The translations under genes were made by a program, and so were the position numbers. This document shows, in pieces, positions 18,069-26,551 of a DNA stretch of 64,000 bases. Below the pieces are notes generated by a model, which was given only the letters and a program-made list of their open reading frames with translations, searched no databases and was not told where the DNA came from. The stretch comes from a virus (Duplodnaviria; Heunggongvirae; Uroviricota; Caudoviricetes). Every line of letters begins with the position of its first letter. Within the stretch, counting starts at the first letter, position 1. The DNA lies in IMG/VR virus record IMGVR_UViG_2872147552_000001; one strand, given 5' to 3'.

Positions 18069-18449
18069 CTAATTGCCGGATAAAATGGGGTGAGGTGCTT
18101 GCCAGTAGGCTCCACCGGTCCATGTGAACCCCATGCGAATAAGAGTGTTTATTGCGGCTTTGGTAGACTCCGATTCGACACTGGCTTTTCGAAACTCTTG
18201 AACCTCTTTCGCCAACTTGTATGTAATTGTGCAGGGGACGATTGCAGCCCAGCCTTTCTCATGACTGTTAATGACCATCTGGATGTGACCATCCAGAATA
18301 GGTTGATTAGGCATGTTATTGAAAATGTCTGCCTGTTTTTGAATGTGAAGAAAAAGCCTTGCCAGCTCCATTTGCTCACTACGAGACAAGGGATTATCAA
18401 GAGGGCTTTTTGCAAAAGCGGCTATACGCTGTGCGTCAATGCCAAACAT
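18069..18449 (-). CDS. hypothetical protein (126 aa)
   Basis: ORF; start overlaps the upstream gene stop. Confidence 0.45.
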   Translation of the reverse strand: MFGIDAQRIAAFAKSPLDNPLSRSEQMELARLFLHIQKQADIFNNMPNQPILDGHIQMVINSHEKGWAAIVPCTITYKLAKEVQEFRKASVESESTKAAINTLIRMGFTWTGGAYWQAPHPILSGN

Positions 18450-19153
18450 CAGCGCACCTCACCATCTTTATGGCTGGAGTTAACTTCCGCCATTAAATGT
18501 CTGACGTAATCGACAAGAGAGCCGCCTGGTGGAATCTGGCATTCCTCAACTAACTGGAAGTAGATATCCGCTGCATTACGTGTATTGCTACCCGCGCATA
18601 TTCTTTCTTCCCGAAGTGCATGAAGCTCGTTGATCAAACGGTCACACTCTCCGTTACGCTGATCCACAACGGCCTCAAGCTCTGCGACGCGTTCACCTGG
18701 CGTCTTACCTTCTTTGCGTTGGATGGTAACGACGAAATCGCCAATTGCAGGGACGTTGTAATCCAGCTCAAGGTAGTTTTTGGCACCGCTGCGGACGAAC
18801 TCACCCGCGAACATGGTGGCGAACATCGCAGAGGCCACTTCGCCGTTGAAAAGTGACTCCAGATCTAACGGAGTCCCGGCATCAAGAGCCTCTTTTGCTG
18901 TATCCATTGCATCCATGAACCGATCAAACTCATTGGCGCGCTTTTCCAGGTTTTTCCATTGCTCGCTCCAACGTTTGGCAACGAAGTCTATGAATGTTTT
19001 CGCGGATTCATCAAAATTCCCCTCAAACTTAACGATGCCTTTATCAATAATGATCTGGCCTACCGCATCCTCTGCATAACCTTTCAATGTAAACTTGAAA
19101 GGAAAATCGGAATGGCCTGTGACGTTAAAATGCTCTAACTGGAGGTTGCTCAT
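18449..19153 (-). CDS. hypothetical protein (234 aa)
   Basis: ORF; class B palindrome upstream. Confidence 0.5.
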   Translation of the reverse strand: MSNLQLEHFNVTGHSDFPFKFTLKGYAEDAVGQIIIDKGIVKFEGNFDESAKTFIDFVAKRWSEQWKNLEKRANEFDRFMDAMDTAKEALDAGTPLDLESLFNGEVASAMFATMFAGEFVRSGAKNYLELDYNVPAIGDFVVTIQRKEGKTPGERVAELEAVVDQRNGECDRLINELHALREERICAGSNTRNAADIYFQLVEECQIPPGGSLVDYVRHLMAEVNSSHKDGEVR

Positions 19154-19192
19154 GTGTTTTCTCTTATCGTTTAGTTACTACATTCTTACATA

Positions 19193-19215
19193 AACTAAGT
19201 AAGTATTTACCTATC
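19193..19215 (-). promoter_or_regulatory. class B palindrome
   Basis: ctaagtaagtatttacctatc. Confidence 0.4.
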
Positions 19216-20899
19216 ATTTAACGCGTTTGAAAACGTATACGCTGACTGTGATCCCTGTGTCTTCAAACTCGTTGGTAAACGACTTCCCTCTGGCATAAAC
19301 GTAATTATCCATCGTCATCCAGTCCAGTATTGGCGCAGTGCCCGGCAATACTGCTACAAGACGCCCGCCGACTTTCAGATGCCCCAGCGCAGCCAGCGTG
19401 TGCTCTCTATGACGACCAAGCGAGTACGGCGGGTTCATAACGATTTTGTCGAACTGATAACCTACGTTGTCCTCAGACCACTTTATGAAGTCGCAGCAAA
19501 TCGTGTTCGTATACCCTTTTCCGCGCAGGATATCAGCGAAGAGAGGTGCGATTTCTATGCAGGTAACATCTTCCAGATCGGCGTTAATATAGGCCAGAAG
19601 ATCCCCACGTCCGGCTTGAGGCTCCAGCAGCTTCTCACCAGGCTTCAATTCAGTGGCTCTGGCAACGTACTCAGCAATCAAGCGTGGGGTAGGGTAGAAC
19701 TGGTGTGATTTTGTATCCGGTATTAAACCGGTAGCCACAATCGTATTTAGCGTATGGACGATGTCATACGGGAACTGCCAGTGCTTTTTCTCCTGCACGC
19801 CGCCAATGAAGCTCAGTGTGCGCTCAAGCTCTTCCACCTGCGACTTCTGGAGAGCTGAATCAGAGAAGTACCATACGCCTTTGTCTTTGCTCAATCGCCC
19901 GTCACGAAGCGCAGTGCGAACCGGCACGGAGATCGTCTTCTGGATTAACCCGAACTGCTTTGGTGCCCGTGTTTTTGGCGCGGTGCGACATGGCGCGGGG
20001 ATTGCAGCAGGCATACTGTAAGCCAGCACCTCATTCAACTTCCAGGCCACGTCAGGATGTATTTCAAAGTGAACGTTGCCGTTCTTGAACATCTTCACGC
20101 GCATCAGATTTCCATCGACGTTCATCCAGTCACCGGTCTGGCAGTCGTTTGCCCGATACGCAGCTGATAGCACCTCAGCAGTGCGGTTGATGGTAATAAA
20201 TTCTTTGTGCGCGAAGAAATGAAGCAAGACACGCAGATCGTCGATGTAGTCCTCTTTGCGATAGTTCACGCTAACGCTGTCCCGCCAGAAATCAGAAATG
20301 CAGTCAGCGATTATCAGCCGCTCGCTGAAACCGTTTGTCTTATTTGTCTTGTGCGCAGGACTCAGCGCCTTAAACAAGCCATACACGCGCTCAGAGAGAT
20401 ATTTGTGCCTGTCATTCAGCAAATTAAGCATCGTGGGTATGACCGTTTCTGCTTTGAACTCCGGTACACCAACGAACTCTTTAACCTTCATCTGGTAGCC
20501 GGTTCTGTCAGTTTTGATGACTTCCTGTTTGCCCTCTATAAACTGCTCGCGCCACTCATCTCGACGGGAAGCTGGCATGATCAGCAAAACGTTAGTCATG
20601 TCCGTGACCTTCCTCCAGTACTCGGCCCAAATATTCTGTTTCACCCATTCCAGATCGACTTTATCCAACCAACCTCGATTTAAACGCGAGCGATCTTCAT
20701 CTGGTCGATGGTTTAGTCTCAGCAGGCGATTAATCATGTTGTGGCGTTCGTCGCCATAAACGAAGTCGTGTACCTGATACATGAAGGCGATCTCTTTCTC
20801 GCACTCGGCCACAATTTCGTGGATGACGTTCATTTCCTGCCGATAGTCGATAGCAGTGTTTGAGTTGGCATCGTCGATGATGGAAAGGGCTGTATTCAT
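19214..20899 (-). CDS. DNA N6-adenine methyltransferase with large N-terminal domain of unknown function
   Basis: C-terminal third has FYPTP, EPQAGRGDLL (SAM-binding) and NPPY catalytic motif; about 380 aa N-terminal with no recognised motif. Confidence 0.65.
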   Translation of the reverse strand: MNTALSIIDDANSNTAIDYRQEMNVIHEIVAECEKEIAFMYQVHDFVYGDERHNMINRLLRLNHRPDEDRSRLNRGWLDKVDLEWVKQNIWAEYWRKVTDMTNVLLIMPASRRDEWREQFIEGKQEVIKTDRTGYQMKVKEFVGVPEFKAETVIPTMLNLLNDRHKYLSERVYGLFKALSPAHKTNKTNGFSERLIIADCISDFWRDSVSVNYRKEDYIDDLRVLLHFFAHKEFITINRTAEVLSAAYRANDCQTGDWMNVDGNLMRVKMFKNGNVHFEIHPDVAWKLNEVLAYSMPAAIPAPCRTAPKTRAPKQFGLIQKTISVPVRTALRDGRLSKDKGVWYFSDSALQKSQVEELERTLSFIGGVQEKKHWQFPYDIVHTLNTIVATGLIPDTKSHQFYPTPRLIAEYVARATELKPGEKLLEPQAGRGDLLAYINADLEDVTCIEIAPLFADILRGKGYTNTICCDFIKWSEDNVGYQFDKIVMNPPYSLGRHREHTLAALGHLKVGGRLVAVLPGTAPILDWMTMDNYVYARGKSFTNEFEDTGITVSVYVFKRVK

Positions 20900-21002
20900 A
20901 ATTGCACCATTAAGAAGTGATTTGTTTAATGGTGCAATTATTTCAAAAATGAAAAGGTACTAAATAGAAATAAACAGGCAATCCTTCAAATAAAGGCATT
21001 GG

Positions 21003-21614
21003 CTAATCATACTTGGAGGTATTTATCACCAGAATTTTGTTTGTATAAATCTTCTTAATATCCCATGTGACATTACCGGAATACCATTGACCGTTATATA
21101 CTTGGTTTCCAGTTGCACCTGTCATTGTTACATAGACAGGTCTGTCGTAATCGGTTCGTCTATAGTTATATACTCCAACCATAGCAGGCATTACCGCACA
21201 TGGATACCCCATATCTATTGTAAATTGAGGGTCAGAAATAGTGATAAGTTTCGCATCAAGGGGCATCATCTCACCGTGATACACCATTGCGCCTGCGCTG
21301 TTATACATGGCAATGCCATAGCCAGAATGTGGTAACACCATATCAGAAAAAGCATAAACTGTTATTGTTCCGGGGCTACCATTTACCTGATGCAATCTGA
21401 GAGCATTGTATCCGTTACTATGCTCATGAATAAACATCATGTTCGCCTTATTACTGCTTTTTATGAAGAAAAAGCATGATTTGTTTGATGGGATTGATGT
21501 TTGAAAAACAGAACCTTTAGATGTAGACATTGTCCCTTTATTAATCAGATTTTGCGGAGTAAATTCTGGACTCATCCACAAACTTCCATCTGATTGAGTA
21601 ATTGACATCCCGAA
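21003..21614 (-). CDS. hypothetical protein, AT-rich island
   Basis: Tyr/Gly/Asn-rich; hydrophobic N-terminus; low GC. Confidence 0.35.
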   Translation of the reverse strand, partial: FGMSITQSDGSLWMSPEFTPQNLINKGTMSTSKGSVFQTSIPSNKSCFFFIKSSNKANMMFIHEHSNGYNALRLHQVNGSPGTITVYAFSDMVLPHSGYGIAMYNSAGAMVYHGEMMPLDAKLITISDPQFTIDMGYPCAVMPAMVGVYNYRRTDYDRPVYVTMTGATGNQVYNGQWYSGNVTWDIKKIYTNKILVINTSKYD

Positions 21615-21619
21615 CATAA

Positions 21620-21901
21620 TTATCCCCAGTATGTGTATATGTAAGAACCAAGCCCCGTATATAAATTTGACCAACTAACCGTATTTCCATTAATAGTAAC
21701 TGTTGGAACAGGTAAATTAATGTAGTTGTCGTTGTTAAGAGGCATCAATGACCACACGGCATGTAGCGATTTACCCGGTGGCGGATTGGAGTACGTCTTA
21801 GAGCCTGATGACGCAGTAAATCGATCAAGAAAAAAAATAGGAGTAAGGAAGCCAGTAACGTTAATTCCTTTATTGTTGTAAATCCCTGTACCGTATGCCA
21901 T
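21620..21901 (-). CDS. hypothetical protein, AT-rich island (possibly upstream part of a frameshifted gene)
   Basis: Good RBS; overlaps the next ORF in a different frame. Confidence 0.35.
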   Translation of the reverse strand: MAYGTGIYNNKGINVTGFLTPIFFLDRFTASSGSKTYSNPPPGKSLHAVWSLMPLNNDNYINLPVPTVTINGNTVSWSNLYTGLGSYIYTYWG

Positions 21902-21956
21902 TTTTCATCCTTGTTTTTTATCAACACAATATGGCCGATCATGCGGCCATATCAGA

Positions 21957-22526
21957 TCAATTAGAGCTTTGAAAGGCTTTGTGTGGCTGTGTTGCGAGGT
22001 TATGTCGATGGCTTAACTCACGCATCATGTCTTCAAGCCGACTCTTTGTGTCGTCGAGTTGGTCGGCCATTGCTCCCAAAAGCTGACGAACGGCCATCGG
22101 ATCATCGCTGTTTAGTGATGGCATTTTATAACCCGCCTGAGAAGACATAAGATTGAACGCAGACATCAACATCGTTAGAGAGGATTTAAGCCCAGCAATT
22201 TCACGATCTTTGCTGGCAATAATCGCCTCACTCTTGTTAGTGTCATCAGTTCGTTGAGTCTCGCTCACCATATCCAAAGTCGCCTGCAACTTATCAGCGC
22301 GCTCTTTTTCAGCAAGATAATGAACACCGAAATGATGTGCTAAAGCTACAACCTGAGTTGGCTCTTCAAAGGTGGACTCAAAATTAAGTGCTGTAACCAC
22401 TCTCTCAAATATGGAAACGTCTTCTATTCCTCGAAGAATGGCTAACATTTTGACCAGTTCATTAGCATCCATTTCTTCGAATAAGGCGTTTTGTTCATCA
22501 GCTATCGCTTTGCATTTCTTGCACAT
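21957..22526 (-). CDS. hypothetical protein (189 aa)
   Basis: ORF; class A motif in leader. Confidence 0.5.
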   Translation of the reverse strand: MCKKCKAIADEQNALFEEMDANELVKMLAILRGIEDVSIFERVVTALNFESTFEEPTQVVALAHHFGVHYLAEKERADKLQATLDMVSETQRTDDTNKSEAIIASKDREIAGLKSSLTMLMSAFNLMSSQAGYKMPSLNSDDPMAVRQLLGAMADQLDDTKSRLEDMMRELSHRHNLATQPHKAFQSSN

Positions 22527-22544
22527 GTGTTTTTCCTAATGCTT

Positions 22545-22558
22545 AAACAAGTTGTTTT
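22545..22558 (-). promoter_or_regulatory. class A palindromic leader motif
   Basis: aaacaagttgtttt about 20 nt upstream of the ATG. Confidence 0.45.
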
Positions 22559-22640
22559 CTTATTGGCTTTATTGTGATGTGGCATAAAAGGGGAGCAAGC
22601 TAAACGTAAAGGTGCAAACTCTCTATTTCGGTCAACGAAA

Positions 22641-22664
22641 CACAAGGGCCATTTGGCCCTTGTC
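22641..22664 (-). terminator. terminator hairpin
   Basis: cacaagggccatttggcccttgtg right after the small ORF stop. Confidence 0.5.
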
Positions 22665-22665
22665 A

Positions 22666-22824
22666 TTAACACGTTGCTTTACGGACTAGCGGATAAGCGA
22701 AGTAGATCGCCAGACCAATGAGGACGCCATCAGAAATGACAGACATCATCTTTCCCGTAAAATCCACCAACACCGCCATCACCAGAAGAGCAATGACGGT
22801 CACAAGCCGGAATCTCTCAAGCAT
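22666..22824 (-). CDS. small two-TM membrane protein (52 aa), not in ORF track
   Basis: ATG overlaps the TAA of the TerB-like gene (TAATG); MLERFRLVTVIALLVMAVLVDFTGKMMSVISDGVLIGLAIYFAYPLVRKATC. Confidence 0.4.
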   Translation of the reverse strand: MLERFRLVTVIALLVMAVLVDFTGKMMSVISDGVLIGLAIYFAYPLVRKATC

Positions 22825-23249
22825 TAGAGATAAGCATCCAGTGACAACTGAAGCGCCTGTGCGATCTTTTTCAGTGCCAGCTCTTCTTGTTCGCCAATAC
22901 CGTCTTGGTCGGCAATATCAAGGCACAGACACAGTACATCTACTGCATCATTAGTCCCGGCCACATCAGCCAGCTCACGTAAAGCCTGGGCATTAGCGCG
23001 GCGCGGTGAGGCTTCGTATTGAGCACGGATATTGGCGCTCATTTGGGCAATCTCACCAGCAAACGGAGAAAACGCAGGCAGAGCTGCAATTGTTTTCTCA
23101 AGAATGGAAATTTCCTTTGCGTCGCATGTGCCATCGGCATAGGAGATCATGTACGCGCCCCACACGGTGGCTTCAACCGCATCACGGTTCTCCATTTTTT
23201 TGACTTCAATAACAGCTTTACGAGTTTTCTTTTTGAATAAACCTAACAT
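22824..23249 (-). CDS. TerB-like (tellurite-resistance TerB domain) protein
   Basis: Two helical repeats with D-G/D-x-D-x-x-E pattern (DGTCDAKEISILEK, DQDGIGEQEELALKK); AAGGAAA RBS. Confidence 0.5.
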   Translation of the reverse strand: MLGLFKKKTRKAVIEVKKMENRDAVEATVWGAYMISYADGTCDAKEISILEKTIAALPAFSPFAGEIAQMSANIRAQYEASPRRANAQALRELADVAGTNDAVDVLCLCLDIADQDGIGEQEELALKKIAQALQLSLDAYL

Positions 23250-23272
23250 GTGTTTTCCTTTTATTATTTGTC

Positions 23273-23287
23273 AAAACAAGTTGTTTT
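23273..23287 (-). promoter_or_regulatory. class A palindromic leader motif
   Basis: aaaacaagttgtttt. Confidence 0.45.
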
Positions 23288-23341
23288 CTAGTTTCATAAA
23301 TGCTTGCGCAAAGATGGTCAATGCATATGCACTAACAACCG

Positions 23342-23530
23342 TCAGAAATAACCAAGTACCGAACCAACTGGAAAAACAAAAATCCCAACTACACGAGCCA
23401 AGGTCATGCCAGCCTGAAACTGGAGATCACCAGAGCAAACAAGTTTTATAATGTTCGATACCCAACCGGCGGCCATGAGGGCCAGAATTGCCAGCCAAAT
23501 TTTTCCAAAGTGATTTGAAAACCAGTTCAT
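23342..23530 (-). CDS. small membrane protein (62 aa)
   Basis: Two hydrophobic helices; ATGA start/stop overlap with the upstream ORF. Confidence 0.4.
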   Translation of the reverse strand: MNWFSNHFGKIWLAILALMAAGWVSNIIKLVCSGDLQFQAGMTLARVVGIFVFPVGSVLGYF

Positions 23531-23778
23531 ACAACCGCCTTAGTCACAACATGATCCTGAGTAACTGGATGAACTTGAGGTATCGCATCCACCGTCATCC
23601 CATCCAGAGTGACAGGACGCTCTACTGGAGTGGTGGTAATTGTCGTCGACGGAGGTGTGGTGATGGATGAACCCGGCATCAAAAGGCTCTGGCCGGCTGG
23701 AACGGCTATCGTCGCCAGTGAAACTATAATGAGAACGTAGGCCATTGGTTTCAGCCTCTTTCTTTGAAAATTTTCCAT
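23527..23778 (-). CDS. small secreted or membrane-anchored Thr/Pro-rich protein
   Basis: Hydrophobic MAYVLIIVSLATIAVPA then TTPPSTTITTTP; coupled to downstream gene. Confidence 0.35.
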   Translation of the reverse strand: MENFQRKRLKPMAYVLIIVSLATIAVPAGQSLLMPGSSITTPPSTTITTTPVERPVTLDGMTVDAIPQVHPVTQDHVVTKAVV

Positions 23779-24034
23779 TCGAACTGTCCTTGTTGTTTTT
23801 CTCCTTCACTAAAGGCCGTGCATTTTTCGCTTGGTGTGAAGAACCAGAGGTAACAATCGCCCCCACGTTCGCAACAACTGACGCTTGCTTATCTAAACGT
23901 TCATTCAGCAACCGAACGGTAGTCTCCAGTTCATCAAGACGTGACAGAACACGACCGCTAAATAATTCGGCCAAAATTTGACGTAGTGAACGAGGACGTT
24001 TAGTTGCAGAAGTGAAATAGGTTTGACGTGCCAT
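23540..24034 (-). CDS. hypothetical protein (N-terminal part plausible, C-terminal part overlaps 23527-23778 in another frame)
   Basis: N-terminal about 85 aa look protein-like; C-terminal part low-complexity Ser-rich. Confidence 0.3.
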   Translation of the reverse strand: MARQTYFTSATKRPRSLRQILAELFSGRVLSRLDELETTVRLLNERLDKQASVVANVGAIVTSGSSHQAKNARPLVKEKNNKDSSNGKFSKKEAETNGLRSHYSFTGDDSRSSRPEPFDAGFIHHHTSVDDNYHHSSRASCHSGWDDGGCDTSSSSSYSGSCCD

Positions 24035-24163
24035 GTGGACTCCATCCAGTGTCAGAAAGAGTTGCGGCTGGCGATTGCCAGCCGCCTTTCTCGTTCCATC
24101 CTGGAACTGTGTCTTACCGACACATTGTCATCCTGACGCTGATAAGATACATGATTTAAAATG

Positions 24164-24183
24164 ATAGGTAAACACTTACTTAC
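24164..24183 (-). promoter_or_regulatory. class B palindrome
   Basis: ataggtaaacacttacttac. Confidence 0.35.
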
Positions 24184-24773
24184 TGCTTGTTGTAAACAAA
24201 ACCAATATCTTTCTTGTGAGGCATATCTGCTGCGGAAAAAGCTGCGATCTTCGCGAGTCGATCACATATTTCATTTTCACGATGCCCGGCGTGACCTTTA
24301 ACCCACTTCCAGCGAACATTATGTCGACTTGCAGCCTCATCCAGACGCTTCCACAGATCAACATTCTTTACCGGTTTTTTGTCAGAAGTCACCCATCCAT
24401 TGCGTTTCCACCATTTCATCCACTGTGTCATGCCGTTTTTCAGATACTGGCTATCAGAGTACAAAATAACGTTGCATGGATATTTCAAACGCTCCAGCCC
24501 GATAAGTGCGCCCATCATCTCCATGCGGTTATTGGTGGTGCTATGAAAACCATCTGAGAACTCGCGTTCCTCACCACGATACTGGAGAACGATACCGTAA
24601 CCACCCGGGCCACCCGGATTTTTAAGGCAAGAGCCATCACTAAAGATTTTCACGGTTTTGAGCTGGGGATTGAACTCTACGACAGGCGTTGTGGGATTGG
24701 TGCGGGGAGAATTTTTGTTTTTGGCTTTTTTGCGAGTTTTTGCTTGCGATCGGGCTGGTGTCTTCGTCGTCAT
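24180..24773 (-). CDS. rnhA: ribonuclease HI
   Basis: IFSDGSC...[27 protein letters not shown] motifs; basic N-terminal extension; AGGAG RBS. Confidence 0.8.
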   Translation of the reverse strand: MTTKTPARSQAKTRKKAKNKNSPRTNPTTPVVEFNPQLKTVKIFSDGSCLKNPGGPGGYGIVLQYRGEEREFSDGFHSTTNNRMEMMGALIGLERLKYPCNVILYSDSQYLKNGMTQWMKWWKRNGWVTSDKKPVKNVDLWKRLDEAASRHNVRWKWVKGHAGHRENEICDRLAKIAAFSAADMPHKKDIGFVYNKQ

Positions 24774-24849
24774 ATAAACTCCTGAATCAAGCGCCGCGCC
24801 GATTTTTTCCTCGCGCGTGCGCACACGCGTGCGTGTTAATAATTATTAA

Positions 24850-25350
24850 AATAAACAAATTACTTCCCAGAACAGGTTTTTATAAACCTGAACTGAACGA
24901 ACGAAGTGAGTGAAGTTCACCTCGAACGAAGTGAGAGGTTGTCTTTTCAGGTAATACTCTCCCAGGGAGGTGAGTATAAAAATCCCTCACCAACCTGGTC
25001 GTTTCATAACCTGAAAAGTTATGGCCTAAGTCTACTGCCAGCTTAGACTTGGGAAGTTATGGATGACAGCACCCCAGAACCGAGATCTTCCCACACTTTA
25101 TGAAGGGGAGTACTGGATTCAACCTCTCGAAACACCCCAGACTCGACAATCATAAAGTGACCCTTGTCTCCGCTCACTTTGGTTCCCCCTTCCCCGACAC
25201 CTAAACGGCACCGGTTCTACGCTGGTAGTGAGCTTTTTTTAAACCTGACGCCAGTGACGCTTACCCCCACCCATCAGGTCGAGTCTCCAGTCTACGACTG
25301 GAAACTAGCAGATCTTAGCACTTACAATTCACTTTATGAATAGTTTGTAC
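24850..25350. other. about 500-bp noncoding region with dense dyad symmetry (candidate structured RNA or origin)
   Basis: No ORF on either strand; multiple stems such as aagtctactgccagcttagactt and repeated gaacgaagtgag. Confidence 0.35.
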
Positions 25351-25357
25351 TTATCTA

Positions 25358-25588
25358 TCATTTCGATTGATTATTTTCTCGACCATGTAGTTGAACATTC
25401 AAGGCAAACACCTCATTGATCAACTCACCTAAAAGCTGTTCAACAAGTTCGCGATGCTCGCCAAGATGCAAGCACTTAATTGCCCATTCGTACAAGTTGA
25501 AAGCCTGCTCGCGATCTTTCATCATTTCACGGGCCTGGGCCAGAAAATCGCTCTCTACGAGCGCAACGACATTAGTCGGGTATGACAT
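25358..25588 (-). CDS. hypothetical protein
   Basis: ATG start (MSYPTNV...). Confidence 0.4.
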   Translation of the reverse strand: MSYPTNVVALVESDFLAQAREMMKDREQAFNLYEWAIKCLHLGEHRELVEQLLGELINEVFALNVQLHGRENNQSK

Positions 25589-25693
25589 GTTGGTTTCCTT
25601 AAAGTGGTTCATAAAATCGATTTTAAAGCGTCTGGGAAGGGGTTCTAGTGGATTCTGTAGTGGTGTTCAGGTCTGGGAGTCTCTGATATAAAA

Positions 25694-25753
25694 CAGCCTG
25701 CTTCCGTATATTAATAATTAATATGTAGTTATTTATATATACAGAAGCAGGCT
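25694..25753 (-). terminator. long-stem hairpin terminator
   Basis: cagcctgcttc ... gaagcaggct with AT-rich loop downstream of the methyltransferase gene. Confidence 0.5.
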
Positions 25754-25774
25754 AATTACAGACGCCAGAACAAA

Positions 25775-26368
25775 CTAAGCAGCCTTCTTTGATGGTCTTT
25801 TTTTCCTGATCACATTCGCAGGATCATACCCTCCCAGACTTTTCATGACATCCAAAGGGATCTTGCTTATAGAGTGCCCAGCGTCCTGACAGAATCCTCG
25901 AAAAACAACGAGCATACTGCCACCGGGGTTGATGTTTACTTCTACCTGACCCAGATTGACGTCAGGCTCGACAAACGCTACGCGGCCACCAGACAGAATA
26001 ATCGTCTCATTCGCACACTCTGTTGCACGCTCATACCACTTTGTATCGAGGGATTGAGGAATTAGCATCACTGTTGTAACTCCGCGAGCCTGCTCACGTA
26101 TAGCCGCATCAATCCAGGGGGAGATTTTGGAGTAGGGTGGATTGAGGAAGGCAATTGTACCTGGCTGCCCCCATTCAGATTTCAAAGCATCACGCTCAAC
26201 GCCTATGAAATTAGGCAGCTTCGCATTATCCTTGTTGCAGGCAACGTCAACATCAAATGTCACTCCAAGATAACGTTGAATGGCAGAAAACAGCCAGTCA
26301 GGTGTTCTCCAGAGGTCACGAAGAGAGTTGTCGCGCTTTCGCTGTTTGATTTTTTCGGCTGCAATCAT
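25775..26368 (-). CDS. DNA N6-adenine methyltransferase (phage Dam-like family)
   Basis: WRTPDWLF and NPPYS motifs. Confidence 0.7.
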   Translation of the reverse strand: MIAAEKIKQRKRDNSLRDLWRTPDWLFSAIQRYLGVTFDVDVACNKDNAKLPNFIGVERDALKSEWGQPGTIAFLNPPYSKISPWIDAAIREQARGVTTVMLIPQSLDTKWYERATECANETIILSGGRVAFVEPDVNLGQVEVNINPGGSMLVVFRGFCQDAGHSISKIPLDVMKSLGGYDPANVIRKKRPSKKAA

Positions 26369-26377
26369 CTTCTTTCT

Positions 26378-26400
26378 CGATAGGTAAGTGATTACCTATT
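26378..26400 (-). promoter_or_regulatory. class B palindrome
   Basis: cgATAGGTAAGTgATTACCTATt, near-perfect dyad 10 nt upstream of the methyltransferase start. Confidence 0.5.
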
Positions 26401-26551
26401 TTTGCATTTGATTTTATGTCTGGCAATCAAATAAAACGCGACAGAAATGCAAACGAGAAGCTCTCTGGCGCGTTTTTGTGGTGCTGGATATGTGATTGGC
26501 TTACCCAGCACTATAAAGCTCTCTATGGGCTTTATTTTCAGTAGGGGGACG

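Noticed and set aside
25317-25359. Possible additional class B palindrome copy
   Set aside because: Only a half-site-like match (tttgtacttatctatc) and it sits at a gene 3' end rather than upstream of a start
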